This document shows, piece by piece, positions 36,420 through 45,785 of a stretch of DNA of 64,000 nucleotides (within the stretch, counting starts at the first letter, position 1; the number at the start of each line of letters is the position of its first letter). The stretch lies in sequence record MT884009.2; one strand, given 5' to 3'. The translations under genes were made by a program, and so were the position numbers. A model generated the notes under the pieces. That model saw only the letters and a list, made by a program, of their open reading frames with translations. It searched no databases and had not been told where the DNA came from. Origin of the DNA: Escherichia phage vb_EcoM_bov11CS3.

Positions 36420-36800
36420 CTAGAATGCAGTTCGAATCCAGACAAGGTTCTTATCTGCCCAATCATAGAGGCAAGTCATTGCGCTATTGAATTGCTCACA
36501 CGGAGGATAATCTTCTTCCATCTGGCGCATAGCAGATCCTTGTGGGTAAAGCTCCCGTGCTGCAAGCCACGCATCGTAGTCATCCACGGTATCGAAGTAG
36601 TATACAACATCCTCCAACTCAGGATCGAACTTTGAATTATCAGGATCCAGTTGTTCAGGGAACTTGGAGCGTAACTTGCCAGCCACAATGCTTGCCAACT
36701 CGCTAACATGCTTATTGTCCCACTCTACTAGTTTCCCGTCTTCAGCGATGCGTCCTAACCACTGATCATGAAGGTCAACTGTTGTCTTCCACCGGGCCAT
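36420..36800 (-). CDS. hypothetical protein (126 aa)
   Basis: Track ORF. Confidence 0.5.
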   Translation of the reverse strand: MARWKTTVDLHDQWLGRIAEDGKLVEWDNKHVSELASIVAGKLRSKFPEQLDPDNSKFDPELEDVVYYFDTVDDYDAWLAARELYPQGSAMRQMEEDYPPCEQFNSAMTCLYDWADKNLVWIRTAF

Positions 36801-36802
36801 TA

Positions 36803-37060
36803 TCAGTCCACCTCTTCTTCTCGTTGCAGTTCAAGATACCCGTAGGTCTGGATATCTTCAAGGGTGTGGAAATCCCCATCTGCCGCTAAGGCACGAACAA
36901 CTTGGCACAAAACTTTATGAGGAACTTCATCCAGACCCAGATTCAGTGCAGGGAACACCTTATCTAAGTCAACAAAATAAACGAACTGTAGCTCACCAGC
37001 TTCAAAAGGTGTATCTTCAATAAACATCTTCTCGGCATTAGTCAAGATCTGCACTTTCAT
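36803..37060 (-). CDS. hypothetical acidic protein (85 aa)
   Basis: Track ORF. Confidence 0.5.
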   Translation of the reverse strand: MKVQILTNAEKMFIEDTPFEAGELQFVYFVDLDKVFPALNLGLDEVPHKVLCQVVRALAADGDFHTLEDIQTYGYLELQREEEVD

Positions 37061-37437
37061 TATTCTGCCTCCTCTTCTTTTTCTTCGGCGTTAGTTTCAG
37101 TGCTACCCCACTCTGGAGTTTCCACCTCGATAGTAAACTCACGCACTACACGGTAATTGCCCATGAAGCGCTCCACCTCGTCAAGGCTTATGGCGAGGCC
37201 ATTGGCAACCAGGTCTGCAGCACCCTCTTCTACCAGATAGTCCAGATTGGCTTCCAAAGCTTCAGGCTCGAACCCTGTCAATGCAATCAGATAACCTTTC
37301 CCTTCATCAGGTAGGACAATACAGCCCAACTGATTTTCTTTAAAAAGGCAGTGACCATCATTATTGATGGGGTGTTCATTGCAGTAAATAGCTGCACGAT
37401 AAGTAGCTTTAGACATCGGTAAGGCCTCCTTAGGCAA
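37060..37437 (-). CDS. hypothetical protein (125 aa)
   Basis: Track ORF. Confidence 0.5.
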   Translation of the reverse strand: MPKEALPMSKATYRAAIYCNEHPINNDGHCLFKENQLGCIVLPDEGKGYLIALTGFEPEALEANLDYLVEEGAADLVANGLAISLDEVERFMGNYRVVREFTIEVETPEWGSTETNAEEKEEEAE

Positions 37438-37708
37438 TTGTCATTTTACATTCTTGAAATTTTAACACAAGACGGTGATTGTGTCTAGTGTCTAAAAAGA
37501 TTTTTTCAACCATCAGGCACACGGTATAACCGTCCATCTTGTTAACAACAAAATCTCCAAGGTGAGGGAGGATGTCCCCTGGATTGGGGAAACATAACCC
37601 GCTCAAGAAGGCATCATCGGTGGTGGACTTAATGGATTTCCACACATTGTCTGCCTGAACATTTTCACCCACATAGTATACACTACCACATGCCTTCATC
37701 ATAGTCAA
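37430..37708 (-). CDS. hypothetical protein (92 aa)
   Basis: Track ORF. Confidence 0.5.
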   Translation of the reverse strand: MTMMKACGSVYYVGENVQADNVWKSIKSTTDDAFLSGLCFPNPGDILPHLGDFVVNKMDGYTVCLMVEKIFLDTRHNHRLVLKFQECKMTIA

Positions 37709-38604
37709 ATCTCCGCGTAAATTAAACTGGAATCAGTATACTTCTTTAACGGGTAAATATCCTGTCCATAGATGCCGTCATTAAACACCTCATCTACCCA
37801 AAGGCTACACTTATATCCCATCATTTCTAAAACGCCCATCTCTTCTTCGGTGAACTTATCACCGCTCTTGCAAGATGTCAATACCTCATTCTGTACTCTT
37901 GCTACCTCGAAGCGGTTATTGGCAATATCACTATTGGCAATCAAATACTCACCTAAAGGGTGTGCAGCATTAAAGATGCACAGTGGACGGTTGACGTAAT
38001 AGTCTCCTGGTGTATAAAAATTGTTGAGATCCTTCACCAGAACATTCTTATCAGTCACTTCATTTATAACATCATGCATATCACACATCTTTATATGTTT
38101 GAGGATTCCATCCCCCATCACAAAATAAAAACTTGCTGAGACACTCTCGGCATAGATCTTACTAGATCCGTTGTAGTTGTATTTTACGCGAATGCTTACA
38201 GGGGTTTTGCCTGTCGCGTTAGCCATCATCCAAAGGAACGGAAGTTCAAACCTCTCCTCTGAGGAAACAAAAGGTGAAGTTGCCAGAGATCGGAAACCTC
38301 CAGAAAAGTTGAAAGTTACAGAGCCGCTCCGGCGATATGATACCGCATATTCTACTTTTATATCGACATAGCCGTTGGAGTAAGTGTGGCCTCCATTATC
38401 CAGATATGTCCACTTATCAGATCCGGATACCAGCCTACGCTCAATAACCTTCATTACTATAGGAATTAGCGGGTTGGTACAAACCGATTTTGAAGTAGCT
38501 TTATCATCCAAAGCCTCATAAATTGCAGAAAGGATATCACCTGCTGAGAGATTGGTTGTGATATCTTGTTTCCACCGAGTGCTAAAGCTGTTAAGATTTG
38601 CCAT
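37705..38604 (-). CDS. hypothetical protein (about 299 aa; track GTG start 38646 lies upstream of the predicted promoter)
   Basis: ATG with SD aggag; first gene of the minus-strand unit. Confidence 0.5.
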   Translation of the reverse strand: MANLNSFSTRWKQDITTNLSAGDILSAIYEALDDKATSKSVCTNPLIPIVMKVIERRLVSGSDKWTYLDNGGHTYSNGYVDIKVEYAVSYRRSGSVTFNFSGGFRSLATSPFVSSEERFELPFLWMMANATGKTPVSIRVKYNYNGSSKIYAESVSASFYFVMGDGILKHIKMCDMHDVINEVTDKNVLVKDLNNFYTPGDYYVNRPLCIFNAAHPLGEYLIANSDIANNRFEVARVQNEVLTSCKSGDKFTEEEMGVLEMMGYKCSLWVDEVFNDGIYGQDIYPLKKYTDSSLIYAEI

Positions 38605-38644
38605 GATTAAGTGCTCCTGTGTTCGTTTTCTTTCGAATGGGTGC

Positions 38645-38715
38645 ACTATATCGTAGATTTATAGTAAAGTCAACACGTTTTTGAGGTTGACATCTGTCGA
38701 GGCACTTGATAAGAT
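38645..38715. promoter_or_regulatory. Divergent promoter region (minus TTGACT-17-TATAGT at 38645-38673; plus TTGACA-17-TAAGAT at 38687-38715)
   Basis: Back-to-back sigma70-like hexamers at the strand switch. Confidence 0.45.
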
Positions 38716-38746
38716 TTCTTCACCTGCAGAGCACGAGAGACAACTC

Positions 38747-39724
38747 ATGAATCTTGAAAAATATTATACACCAGAAGAGTTAGAGCGCCTGCTCAAAAAA
38801 TACAGACGCAAACAAAATAATGCACGGAAACGAGATATAGAGTTCAACCTGTCATGGGAAGAATACCTCCTATTTGGTAAAAAACTTTTAGGAGAGGGGG
38901 TATGCGACTATACCCTTATACCTTTCGACATGCACACAGATGAAAACGGGCTGGGGAATCCTTTCTACCCATCTCTGGAGCGGATAGATGATGAAGGTCC
39001 TTACGCAATTGACAATTGTTGTGTGGTAGGGTTGAGGTGCAACGCTCTGAAAGACTGTCTGGTAGATAAAAAGACTGCAATATTGATAAAAGACAAAACT
39101 GATCGAAAAATTGTCCAGCAGATGATGCTTCACCTGAGCGAAGAGCGTATGGAGAAATTGAAAGGTGATTATACTTTTGAAGATTTCATCTTGCAATATG
39201 GGACAGAAGAAGATAAACTAGCACTTTTTGACGAAGAGGAAGAAGATATGTCACCAATGCAGGACTTTAAAAATTTCATGGCTGATCGTGCAGCCAACAA
39301 ACACATTTCAGACATCGTAAACGAAACTGTGACAGAAGAAATTGGAGAACAGAACTCTGAAGAGGAAAAAGAGCCTCAGGAGGTCGAAGAGGAGATTGCA
39401 GAAGAGGTTCCTGCACTGCCTGATGATGTTGAGGTTGCTAAGGCTTACACTTTCTATTGTCAAACGTTCTACGATGCAGGTATGAAAGTTGATCTGTCGT
39501 TCAGCCAATTTAAGAGTTCGTATGTTCGCAAATGCTGTGCTTTAACTGGTGAACGTCTCGGAGCTGGACTTAAGCCCCTGTTAGTGACCGACTGGAATAA
39601 AGGTTTCACCAAAGGTAACTTTATGGTAGTATCTCCAATTATGGAGAAAGCTATGACAGATCTTATGAAGACCACCCGCATGACAATGACAGAGTTGGCA
39701 GGTATTTTCAAACACGTTAAATAA
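38747..39724 (+). CDS. Tandem HNH-like domain protein (about 325 aa; track start is TTG at 38681)
   Basis: SLERIDDEGPYAIDNCCVVGLRCNALK and C-terminal CALTGERLG...LVTDWNKGFTKGN; acidic linker; ATG with SD gagaga. Confidence 0.4.
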   Translation: MNLEKYYTPEELERLLKKYRRKQNNARKRDIEFNLSWEEYLLFGKKLLGEGVCDYTLIPFDMHTDENGLGNPFYPSLERIDDEGPYAIDNCCVVGLRCNALKDCLVDKKTAILIKDKTDRKIVQQMMLHLSEERMEKLKGDYTFEDFILQYGTEEDKLALFDEEEEDMSPMQDFKNFMADRAANKHISDIVNETVTEEIGEQNSEEEKEPQEVEEEIAEEVPALPDDVEVAKAYTFYCQTFYDAGMKVDLSFSQFKSSYVRKCCALTGERLGAGLKPLLVTDWNKGFTKGNFMVVSPIMEKAMTDLMKTTRMTMTELAGIFKHVK

Positions 39725-39757
39725 TGACAGGGGCCATTGGCCCCTTCTGGAGTTTTA

Positions 39758-41218
39758 ATGGATAGCAGAAGTTCAGAAATCATTGCCTCACAAAAAGATG
39801 ATGCCCTGAGAATGTTGCAGGCTGCACGTATGTATCTCCTTGAAAAGCTGCCGTTTTACGGCACACTGCTGTCAGGGTTGCAGTTCGTAGAAAACCACAC
39901 ATGGTGCTCCACCATGGCAACCGACCATAAACGCATCTACTACAGCCCCGAATTCATTATGGGATTGGCAGATGAGCGCAAAACAATTCTTAAAGCATCT
40001 CTGACTGACGAGCAGTTTGAAATGGCTGAGGTTTTCTATTCCCCTAAATCTGTGAAAGAGGTGGCCTTTCTTCTGTCACATGAGGTGGGGCATATTATCT
40101 GTGATCACCTAGTCCGTGGTAAAAGCTTTGAGCCAGAGCTGTTCAATATTGCTTGTGATCACGTTATCAACACAGGCCTTGTGGTGGACTTTAGCAAGCC
40201 TCCTTGTGTTTTCTTCCCGAAGGGGAAAAGCACTACGTTCGTAAAAGGTAAGCCTTTTGGTTTCTTAGCCAGCTGCTACTGCGACATGAGGTTTCATGGA
40301 TGGATTGCTGAGAACGTCTATGCAGTTCTTGATAAGCAAAGAGATCAGAATAACGGTAAAAGTAAGAGTGGTAAAGGTGATAACTCTCAGGGGGATAAGC
40401 GACAAACCGATGATCACATGAGTGGGAACGGTGGCACCAGTGATGATCTCGGAAAGGCTATGGGGTATGATCAGCCACAACCTGTAATCAGCCAATCTGA
40501 TAAAGATCAGGCCATGCAAGACTCTGGTGACATGCTGGAAGCAGCAATGCAAGCTTCTGGAGGTAGTTGCCCTGAGGCGGTGCGTGAGTTTGTCAAGAAC
40601 AGAGGTAAGCCTGTAATCAACTATATAGACATCATTAAGCAACGTATGTTGTCTAAACGAAAGGCTGAACTAACCTACAGAAAGCCTGGTCGCCGATCTG
40701 GATCTTTGACCAGCACAATGCGAAAAGTTGGGGCTATAAACAAGAACCAGCACGTTATTGTTCCTGGTCGTAATCCGGAAAACACTATAGATATTGTGGT
40801 GGCTTTAGACGTTTCTGGCTCGATCTCTCAAAGAACTTTAAAGAAAATGTTCAATGAGATCACCGGATTGTGCAATCTGTATAAAGAGTTTAAGGTTACG
40901 ATGTTCTGTTGGTCAACCGAGGTTGGAGAGGTCAAAGTATACACTCGCGGCAACATAGACGAGATGATCAACTATGAGGTCCACTCAACATGGGGCACAA
41001 CAGCTGCTTGCGTGTTCGAGTATCTGGATGCCAATATACCGAATGCAAAAGATGTCATCGTCCTGACCGACCTATACTTTGAGCATAACTTTGAACAAAA
41101 GGCTGTTGACAACAAGTGGAAAAAGTACGATACTTTATGGGTTCTCACCGAGGGGTATAATAAAAATTATATCCCGAGCTTTGGGAAAACTGTGGAATTA
41201 ATCGAATACGCCAAGTAA
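39758..41218 (+). CDS. VWA-domain protein with N-terminal HExxH metallopeptidase-like domain (about 486 aa)
   Basis: HEVGHIICDH zinc-binding-like motif; MIDAS-like VVALDVSGSIS; ATG with SD ggag; the track TTG start is upstream. Confidence 0.75.
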   Translation: MDSRSSEIIASQKDDALRMLQAARMYLLEKLPFYGTLLSGLQFVENHTWCSTMATDHKRIYYSPEFIMGLADERKTILKASLTDEQFEMAEVFYSPKSVKEVAFLLSHEVGHIICDHLVRGKSFEPELFNIACDHVINTGLVVDFSKPPCVFFPKGKSTTFVKGKPFGFLASCYCDMRFHGWIAENVYAVLDKQRDQNNGKSKSGKGDNSQGDKRQTDDHMSGNGGTSDDLGKAMGYDQPQPVISQSDKDQAMQDSGDMLEAAMQASGGSCPEAVREFVKNRGKPVINYIDIIKQRMLSKRKAELTYRKPGRRSGSLTSTMRKVGAINKNQHVIVPGRNPENTIDIVVALDVSGSISQRTLKKMFNEITGLCNLYKEFKVTMFCWSTEVGEVKVYTRGNIDEMINYEVHSTWGTTAACVFEYLDANIPNAKDVIVLTDLYFEHNFEQKAVDNKWKKYDTLWVLTEGYNKNYIPSFGKTVELIEYAK

Positions 41219-41233
41219 GAGAGGACGTTATTT

Positions 41234-41491
41234 ATGGCAACAGAAGTAGTAATCAAATCTGAACGCCCAGTTAAAAAAGCTATCAACACGTTCCCTGTGG
41301 GAACCATTGTGAGCATGATCACAGAGTCAGGCCGTGTATCTACGCTGCTGATTGTGAAATCTGCATGTTCTTCTTGTGTGTGGGCTTACGATCTGGACGA
41401 GAAAGAACTAAAAGATTTTGTTGGGGAGCTGAAAGCAACAGAGCTCGATGCTCGTATCGAAGTATTTGGTGAAACTGTGGAGGAAGAGTAA
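41234..41491 (+). CDS. hypothetical protein (85 aa)
   Basis: ATG with SD aagagagg. Confidence 0.5.
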   Translation: MATEVVIKSERPVKKAINTFPVGTIVSMITESGRVSTLLIVKSACSSCVWAYDLDEKELKDFVGELKATELDARIEVFGETVEEE

Positions 41492-41754
41492 TGACCACGA
41501 AAATCACTATTGCAGAACCGAAAGCTAACACGCAACCTATCGAAAAATTTAAATGTGGTGAGGTGGTAACATTTACACCAGATAATGAGGATGCTAAGAT
41601 TTTCGCCATGGTCACAGCTGAGTGGATGTGCGACAATACCACACAGGTTCTGCGTTTTGACACCTATCTTACAGATGAAATCAGGAACGACAAGATCGTG
41701 ACTGGTGTTGATACTGAAATTGTTTTCTACAAGAGCTTTTTAGAGGGTTTCTGA
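41491..41754 (+). CDS. hypothetical protein (87 aa)
   Basis: ATG with SD ggaggaag; overlapping stop/start. Confidence 0.5.
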   Translation: MTTKITIAEPKANTQPIEKFKCGEVVTFTPDNEDAKIFAMVTAEWMCDNTTQVLRFDTYLTDEIRNDKIVTGVDTEIVFYKSFLEGF

Positions 41755-41755
41755 T

Positions 41756-41989
41756 ATGGCAAAAATTCGTAAATTATCCAACAATCAGGTTGTGAAAGAC
41801 TTTGAATCTGGAGAGATTCTTTATGTTCGTGATGCAGATGACGAAGGTGAAGATCTTGTTATGTTGGTAGGGCACGCTGAGGACGGATGCATCCAAGCTG
41901 TTTTTCTTGAAACAGCTATGGTGCACTGGATAGAGCTGGACCTGAAAGCACGAAAACCTAAAGCAGAAATCTTGATTTACGAAGATTAA
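41756..41989 (+). CDS. hypothetical protein (77 aa)
   Basis: ATG start; track ORF. Confidence 0.5.
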   Translation: MAKIRKLSNNQVVKDFESGEILYVRDADDEGEDLVMLVGHAEDGCIQAVFLETAMVHWIELDLKARKPKAEILIYED

Positions 41990-42005
41990 CAAAAAGGAGA
42001 GAGCC

Positions 42006-42455
42006 GTGTTGAGCAAACGTGAATGCGACAGCATTAGCCTAAATTCTTATAAGAAACAATGGTTTGGGGTGGAAGTTTGCCGACTGCGGCTAGGCTCCTA
42101 CCTGAACTTCGTTTATTATGAGAGCGACAGCCGTATCGTTTCTTATGAAGTGTTCTACACTAAGAACACATTCGAACTGCGCCGTAAAGCAGAGGGAGGG
42201 AGAACTACCACCCAGAATAATTGGGAAACTATTCTGCCTCCAGATGTTATAGGAAGTCCCCTGAATGTATCTGAAGATGAAAATCTTATGGTTCATGCTA
42301 TGATGGGACTTGACAGCTTAGAGCTGGCGATCTATGATATGTCCATCGAAGCAGTTAAGCTGGACTACATCGAAAACACTTTAGAGGAAGGTATCAAGAA
42401 GTTTCTCAGTGAGAAATTAAAAGATCACTTTCATAAGGAGCTATACCTGTTATGA
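42006..42455 (+). CDS. hypothetical protein (149 aa), GTG start
   Basis: GTG with SD aaggaga. Confidence 0.5.
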   Translation: MLSKRECDSISLNSYKKQWFGVEVCRLRLGSYLNFVYYESDSRIVSYEVFYTKNTFELRRKAEGGRTTTQNNWETILPPDVIGSPLNVSEDENLMVHAMMGLDSLELAIYDMSIEAVKLDYIENTLEEGIKKFLSEKLKDHFHKELYLL

Positions 42456-42697
42456 AGACTCGTAAAGAACGTAACAAAATTTTACCTGGAGCTCTCGAAC
42501 ACCTGATGAAGTGCAGATCTATTTGGCACTCTGCCAAGGAAGGGCAGAAGGTGGTTGTGGTTAGTGACAATACCAACCCGTTTGGAGATTATACCACTAT
42601 GATGGCCCCATATGTCCGTGATGGCGTTGTGGAAGTGGTCCCTTACAACGGTCTGCATGAACGGCACTTTGAAAGCACTTTGCTAGTGGAGCTATAG
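42452..42697 (+). CDS. hypothetical protein (81 aa)
   Basis: ATG with SD taaggag. Confidence 0.5.
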   Translation: MKTRKERNKILPGALEHLMKCRSIWHSAKEGQKVVVVSDNTNPFGDYTTMMAPYVRDGVVEVVPYNGLHERHFESTLLVEL

Positions 42698-42699
42698 TC

Positions 42700-43266
42700 A
42701 TGGCGGTCAATGTGGCTTACAACACAGGAAAGCTTGACAGAGACATTGGGTGTCTTGTCCTTTCAGATACAGAAGAGTATTGGGGTTATGGGTTGCTGTC
42801 AGACCCACACCCGAGCAACCTTGTATCAACAGTGCTATACCGCTACGACCCTGTGCCAACGGTACACGACAAAGACATTCACGACCTTCGGATCAAGTGT
42901 CTGGAAGATCTGCTGAACAATGGTTGCAACGATCTGCAGGTAGCCAAGGAGAAGCTTACAAACATTCACAAAGAGGAAGTGATGAGCACCCTTAGTAAAA
43001 GATCAGTGCACAAAAAGATGATGCTGAACTTTGCAATGGGTATCTACATGGACGGGTATAAGGGAGGGGATCCGATCCTCAAGCTTCGCTGCCCAACACT
43101 GTGGGAAAGAGTGGTTGACAGTAAGGACGGTACTGCCCTGCTCGAACTCCACACTGCAGGTTGGATTTGGCGGTATGTAGACGGATACCCTTTATGGGCA
43201 TGTGGGCCAGGGGAATTTGTTGACAGACCTAGCGCGGTGGTGGATTTACTATTGCAGTTTGAATAA
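42700..43266 (+). CDS. hypothetical protein (188 aa)
   Basis: ATG start; track ORF. Confidence 0.5.
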   Translation: MAVNVAYNTGKLDRDIGCLVLSDTEEYWGYGLLSDPHPSNLVSTVLYRYDPVPTVHDKDIHDLRIKCLEDLLNNGCNDLQVAKEKLTNIHKEEVMSTLSKRSVHKKMMLNFAMGIYMDGYKGGDPILKLRCPTLWERVVDSKDGTALLELHTAGWIWRYVDGYPLWACGPGEFVDRPSAVVDLLLQFE

Positions 43267-43323
43267 AAAGGTGAGTTATAAGGTATTCATACACCTACCA
43301 ACAATACAACAGGGGAGACTGAC

Positions 43324-43599
43324 ATGACAAAAGAAGAGGCCGACGTATTAGATTTTGCACTAGAGGCTACGCAGGAGGCTTTGGTGTTAGCTTGGAAAAT
43401 GAACCAGCGTGCTGCAGAATGCAACCACCGCATCAATGAGATTCTGGGAATGTCTATGTATGATTTCACTATGCATGCCGGAGAGATTCCTGAATTAACT
43501 GCAGAGATGAATGATCTTGACAATAAAATTAATATCATTCTGAAGACAGCAGAAACAACTCACCAAACCGCCCGTAAATTTATCAACGAGAAGGTGTGA
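43324..43599 (+). CDS. hypothetical protein (91 aa)
   Basis: ATG with SD ggggaga. Confidence 0.5.
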   Translation: MTKEEADVLDFALEATQEALVLAWKMNQRAAECNHRINEILGMSMYDFTMHAGEIPELTAEMNDLDNKINIILKTAETTHQTARKFINEKV

Positions 43600-43601
43600 A
43601 T

Positions 43602-44066
43602 ATGGACTACAGCTACTGCGGGGAAGAAGTTCCTTTTAACTACAGCAATCTTACCACGAGCAATCCATATGAGACTCGCCACGGCACACACATCATTGCC
43701 ATTGACTTTGATGGAACGTTTAATGCGAGCCCTTTCATCTTCTCCCGCCTGATCAGGGATCTGAAGAAGGAGGGGTGGACAGTCTACCTTGTGACTTCCA
43801 GATTCATTACTCAAGACAATGTAGACATTGAGTATTGGCGCAAGGAGCTTGATGTTGGTGTGTTTTATACTGGAGGTGTTCAGAAGGCAGCCTATCTGGC
43901 GCAGTTTGATATCTACCCAGATATCTGGATTGATGATTCTCCGGCATGTATTCCGGCTAAGAATCAGTTAGAGTTTGCAATGAAGGAGATCGAGTATAAG
44001 TCTGAGGCTAAGCGGAACGGATGGCCCTTTATTATTGAAGATTACCCAGATCCTGAACCGGAGTAA
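43602..44066 (+). CDS. HAD-superfamily phosphatase-like protein (about 154 aa)
   Basis: Motif I IIAIDFDGTFN (DxDGT); ATG two codons inside the track GTG start. Confidence 0.5.
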   Translation: MDYSYCGEEVPFNYSNLTTSNPYETRHGTHIIAIDFDGTFNASPFIFSRLIRDLKKEGWTVYLVTSRFITQDNVDIEYWRKELDVGVFYTGGVQKAAYLAQFDIYPDIWIDDSPACIPAKNQLEFAMKEIEYKSEAKRNGWPFIIEDYPDPEPE

Positions 44067-44071
44067 GAGCC

Positions 44072-44242
44072 ATGAGGCGAAGATATCATTACCTGATGTG
44101 GAAGTTATATCAAAATGCTGCCAAAGCCTATCATATCATGTTTGGCAATGACGATCACTACATCATGTTACATCTCACCGCTATTAAGCATCACAATGAG
44201 TGGATTCATGCAATCGTGGCAGGTGATAAAGACTTTAAGTAA
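44072..44242 (+). CDS. small His-rich protein (56 aa), not in ORF track
   Basis: ATG with SD ggag overlapping the upstream stop. Confidence 0.35.
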   Translation: MRRRYHYLMWKLYQNAAKAYHIMFGNDDHYIMLHLTAIKHHNEWIHAIVAGDKDFK

Positions 44243-44369
44243 GATATGCCTTAAAACGCAACAGGAGTCCCTGTAGCGCACTTAACTCACCGCAGGTATA
44301 AGATTGCATTGCTGGGTAGTTTTGTGCGTTATTTTTAGTTACATAGCTTTCTAGACGGAGACCGATTAA

Positions 44370-44750
44370 ATGTGCAAGTGCAAATCCTATAATTGGAAAG
44401 TGAAAGGTGCCAAGCATCCAAATGTTATCGTTGATGTGCCTAAAAAACTTCGAGACGGCAAAAAACGTGTGTGCCTTGATAAGTGCATGGCTAAGCCTAT
44501 CATGAGTCTATGGGCGGCAGGATTGAAAACTCTAAACTGCTGCTGTGGTCATAACAAAGATGTTCCAAGCATCATTATCCCAGAGGATGCAGACCCTAAA
44601 GCTTATGCCAAAATATTGACCCGCTACCCCAGCACCTTTCTGATCGGAAAATGGTGTCACGATGAACTTCAATGGTGGATAGCGTACGGCAGTGTAGGTG
44701 CTGCTTTTGGCTTCCCAGCTTTGTCAGAGCGCTACGTCAAAGCATCATAA
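44370..44750 (+). CDS. Cys-rich protein (126 aa)
   Basis: Multiple Cys clusters CKCK, CLDKC, CCCGH; ATG with SD ggag. Confidence 0.5.
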   Translation: MCKCKSYNWKVKGAKHPNVIVDVPKKLRDGKKRVCLDKCMAKPIMSLWAAGLKTLNCCCGHNKDVPSIIIPEDADPKAYAKILTRYPSTFLIGKWCHDELQWWIAYGSVGAAFGFPALSERYVKAS

Positions 44751-44856
44751 TCTGTTTTAAGGCCTCAAACGAGGCCTGTGCCTTCAATAACTCTACCCTC
44801 CCTTGTGATTACACCCACCTTTCAAAAAACTTCCCCAAAACGCTTAAAAAATGTTG

Positions 44857-44886
44857 TTGACAGCACACACCCCAGTTTGCTATTCT
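44857..44886 (+). promoter_or_regulatory. sigma70-like promoter (TTGACA-18-TATTCT) with A-rich upstream tract
   Basis: Hexamers read directly on the plus strand; 34 nt upstream of gene 44920. Confidence 0.45.
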
Positions 44887-44919
44887 CATTATCACAGATA
44901 CAGAACGGAGTAACAAAAA

Positions 44920-45249
44920 ATGGCACATGTGAATATTAAACTACATTATCATGGTAGAAAACCAAAATATCCAATGCATAAAGTATTTTGGGGGTTGCAT
45001 ATCCAAGAAAAAGAAGGTATTGGTTACTGGTTTTGTGACCACGATAGACAATGGCATACCCATGAAGAAGTGTGCACTATGATAGAGCAGGGTATTAAAT
45101 TTAATTTCTCAAACTATGATCATGGTGTTAATTGCATTCGAAAATTGAAACGATTTCTTAGAAAGAATCCTGAACTTAAAGGGCTTACATTCTTTATGTC
45201 TCATAACTACATGGGGTATAGCGCTACTGTAACTGCAAGGATTAAGTAA
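44920..45249 (+). CDS. hypothetical protein (109 aa)
   Basis: ATG with SD ggag. Confidence 0.5.
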   Translation: MAHVNIKLHYHGRKPKYPMHKVFWGLHIQEKEGIGYWFCDHDRQWHTHEEVCTMIEQGIKFNFSNYDHGVNCIRKLKRFLRKNPELKGLTFFMSHNYMGYSATVTARIK

Positions 45250-45250
45250 T

Positions 45251-45469
45251 ATGAGCAAAGTAAAATTTGTTAAATTTAAAAATCCTAACGGAATAACAGC
45301 CCTTATGATGGGTGTACACTTTACACCGGGCAAAGAGTATGAGGCAGATGTATACAATGGGATAGATGGTAAAGTTGGGATAGGTGTGTGGACAAACCGT
45401 GGAGAAAGATACTTTATCAAGGATATGGATGCTCACTGGGGTATTTGGGAAGTTGTTGGAGATCTGTGA
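45251..45469 (+). CDS. hypothetical protein (72 aa)
   Basis: ATG start; track ORF. Confidence 0.5.
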   Translation: MSKVKFVKFKNPNGITALMMGVHFTPGKEYEADVYNGIDGKVGIGVWTNRGERYFIKDMDAHWGIWEVVGDL

Positions 45470-45538
45470 TGATGAAATGAAATACTGTTTCTTCGGCAAT
45501 ATGTAATATAGATTGGTTAAATATGGAGACTGATAGAG

Positions 45539-45739
45539 ATGGCTGATTTTTGTAAAGACTGTTCTGAAGAGTTGTTTGGTCGTGACTGCGGAGATCTGAA
45601 AGGATTGATCACGGAGAAGCAGTGGAAGGAAGGTTATGCGGCACCTGTTATCTGTGAAGGCTGTGGTTACACCTATGTCGATCATGAAGGTAAGCGTGTC
45701 CAGCCGTCTGAAGATGGGTCGTGTTGGGAATATTACTAA
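45539..45739 (+). CDS. small zinc-ribbon-like protein (66 aa)
   Basis: CKDC...CEGC Cys pairs; ATG with SD ggaga. Confidence 0.5.
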   Translation: MADFCKDCSEELFGRDCGDLKGLITEKQWKEGYAAPVICEGCGYTYVDHEGKRVQPSEDGSCWEYY

Positions 45740-45750
45740 TTATAAAAAGA

Positions 45751-45778
45751 AAGGGGCCAAACGGCCCCTTTTTATTTT
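45751..45778. terminator. Bidirectional rho-independent terminator between convergent blocks
   Basis: Hairpin aggggcc-aaac-ggcccct with A-tract upstream and T-tract downstream. Confidence 0.8.
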
Positions 45779-45785
45779 CCTCCTG

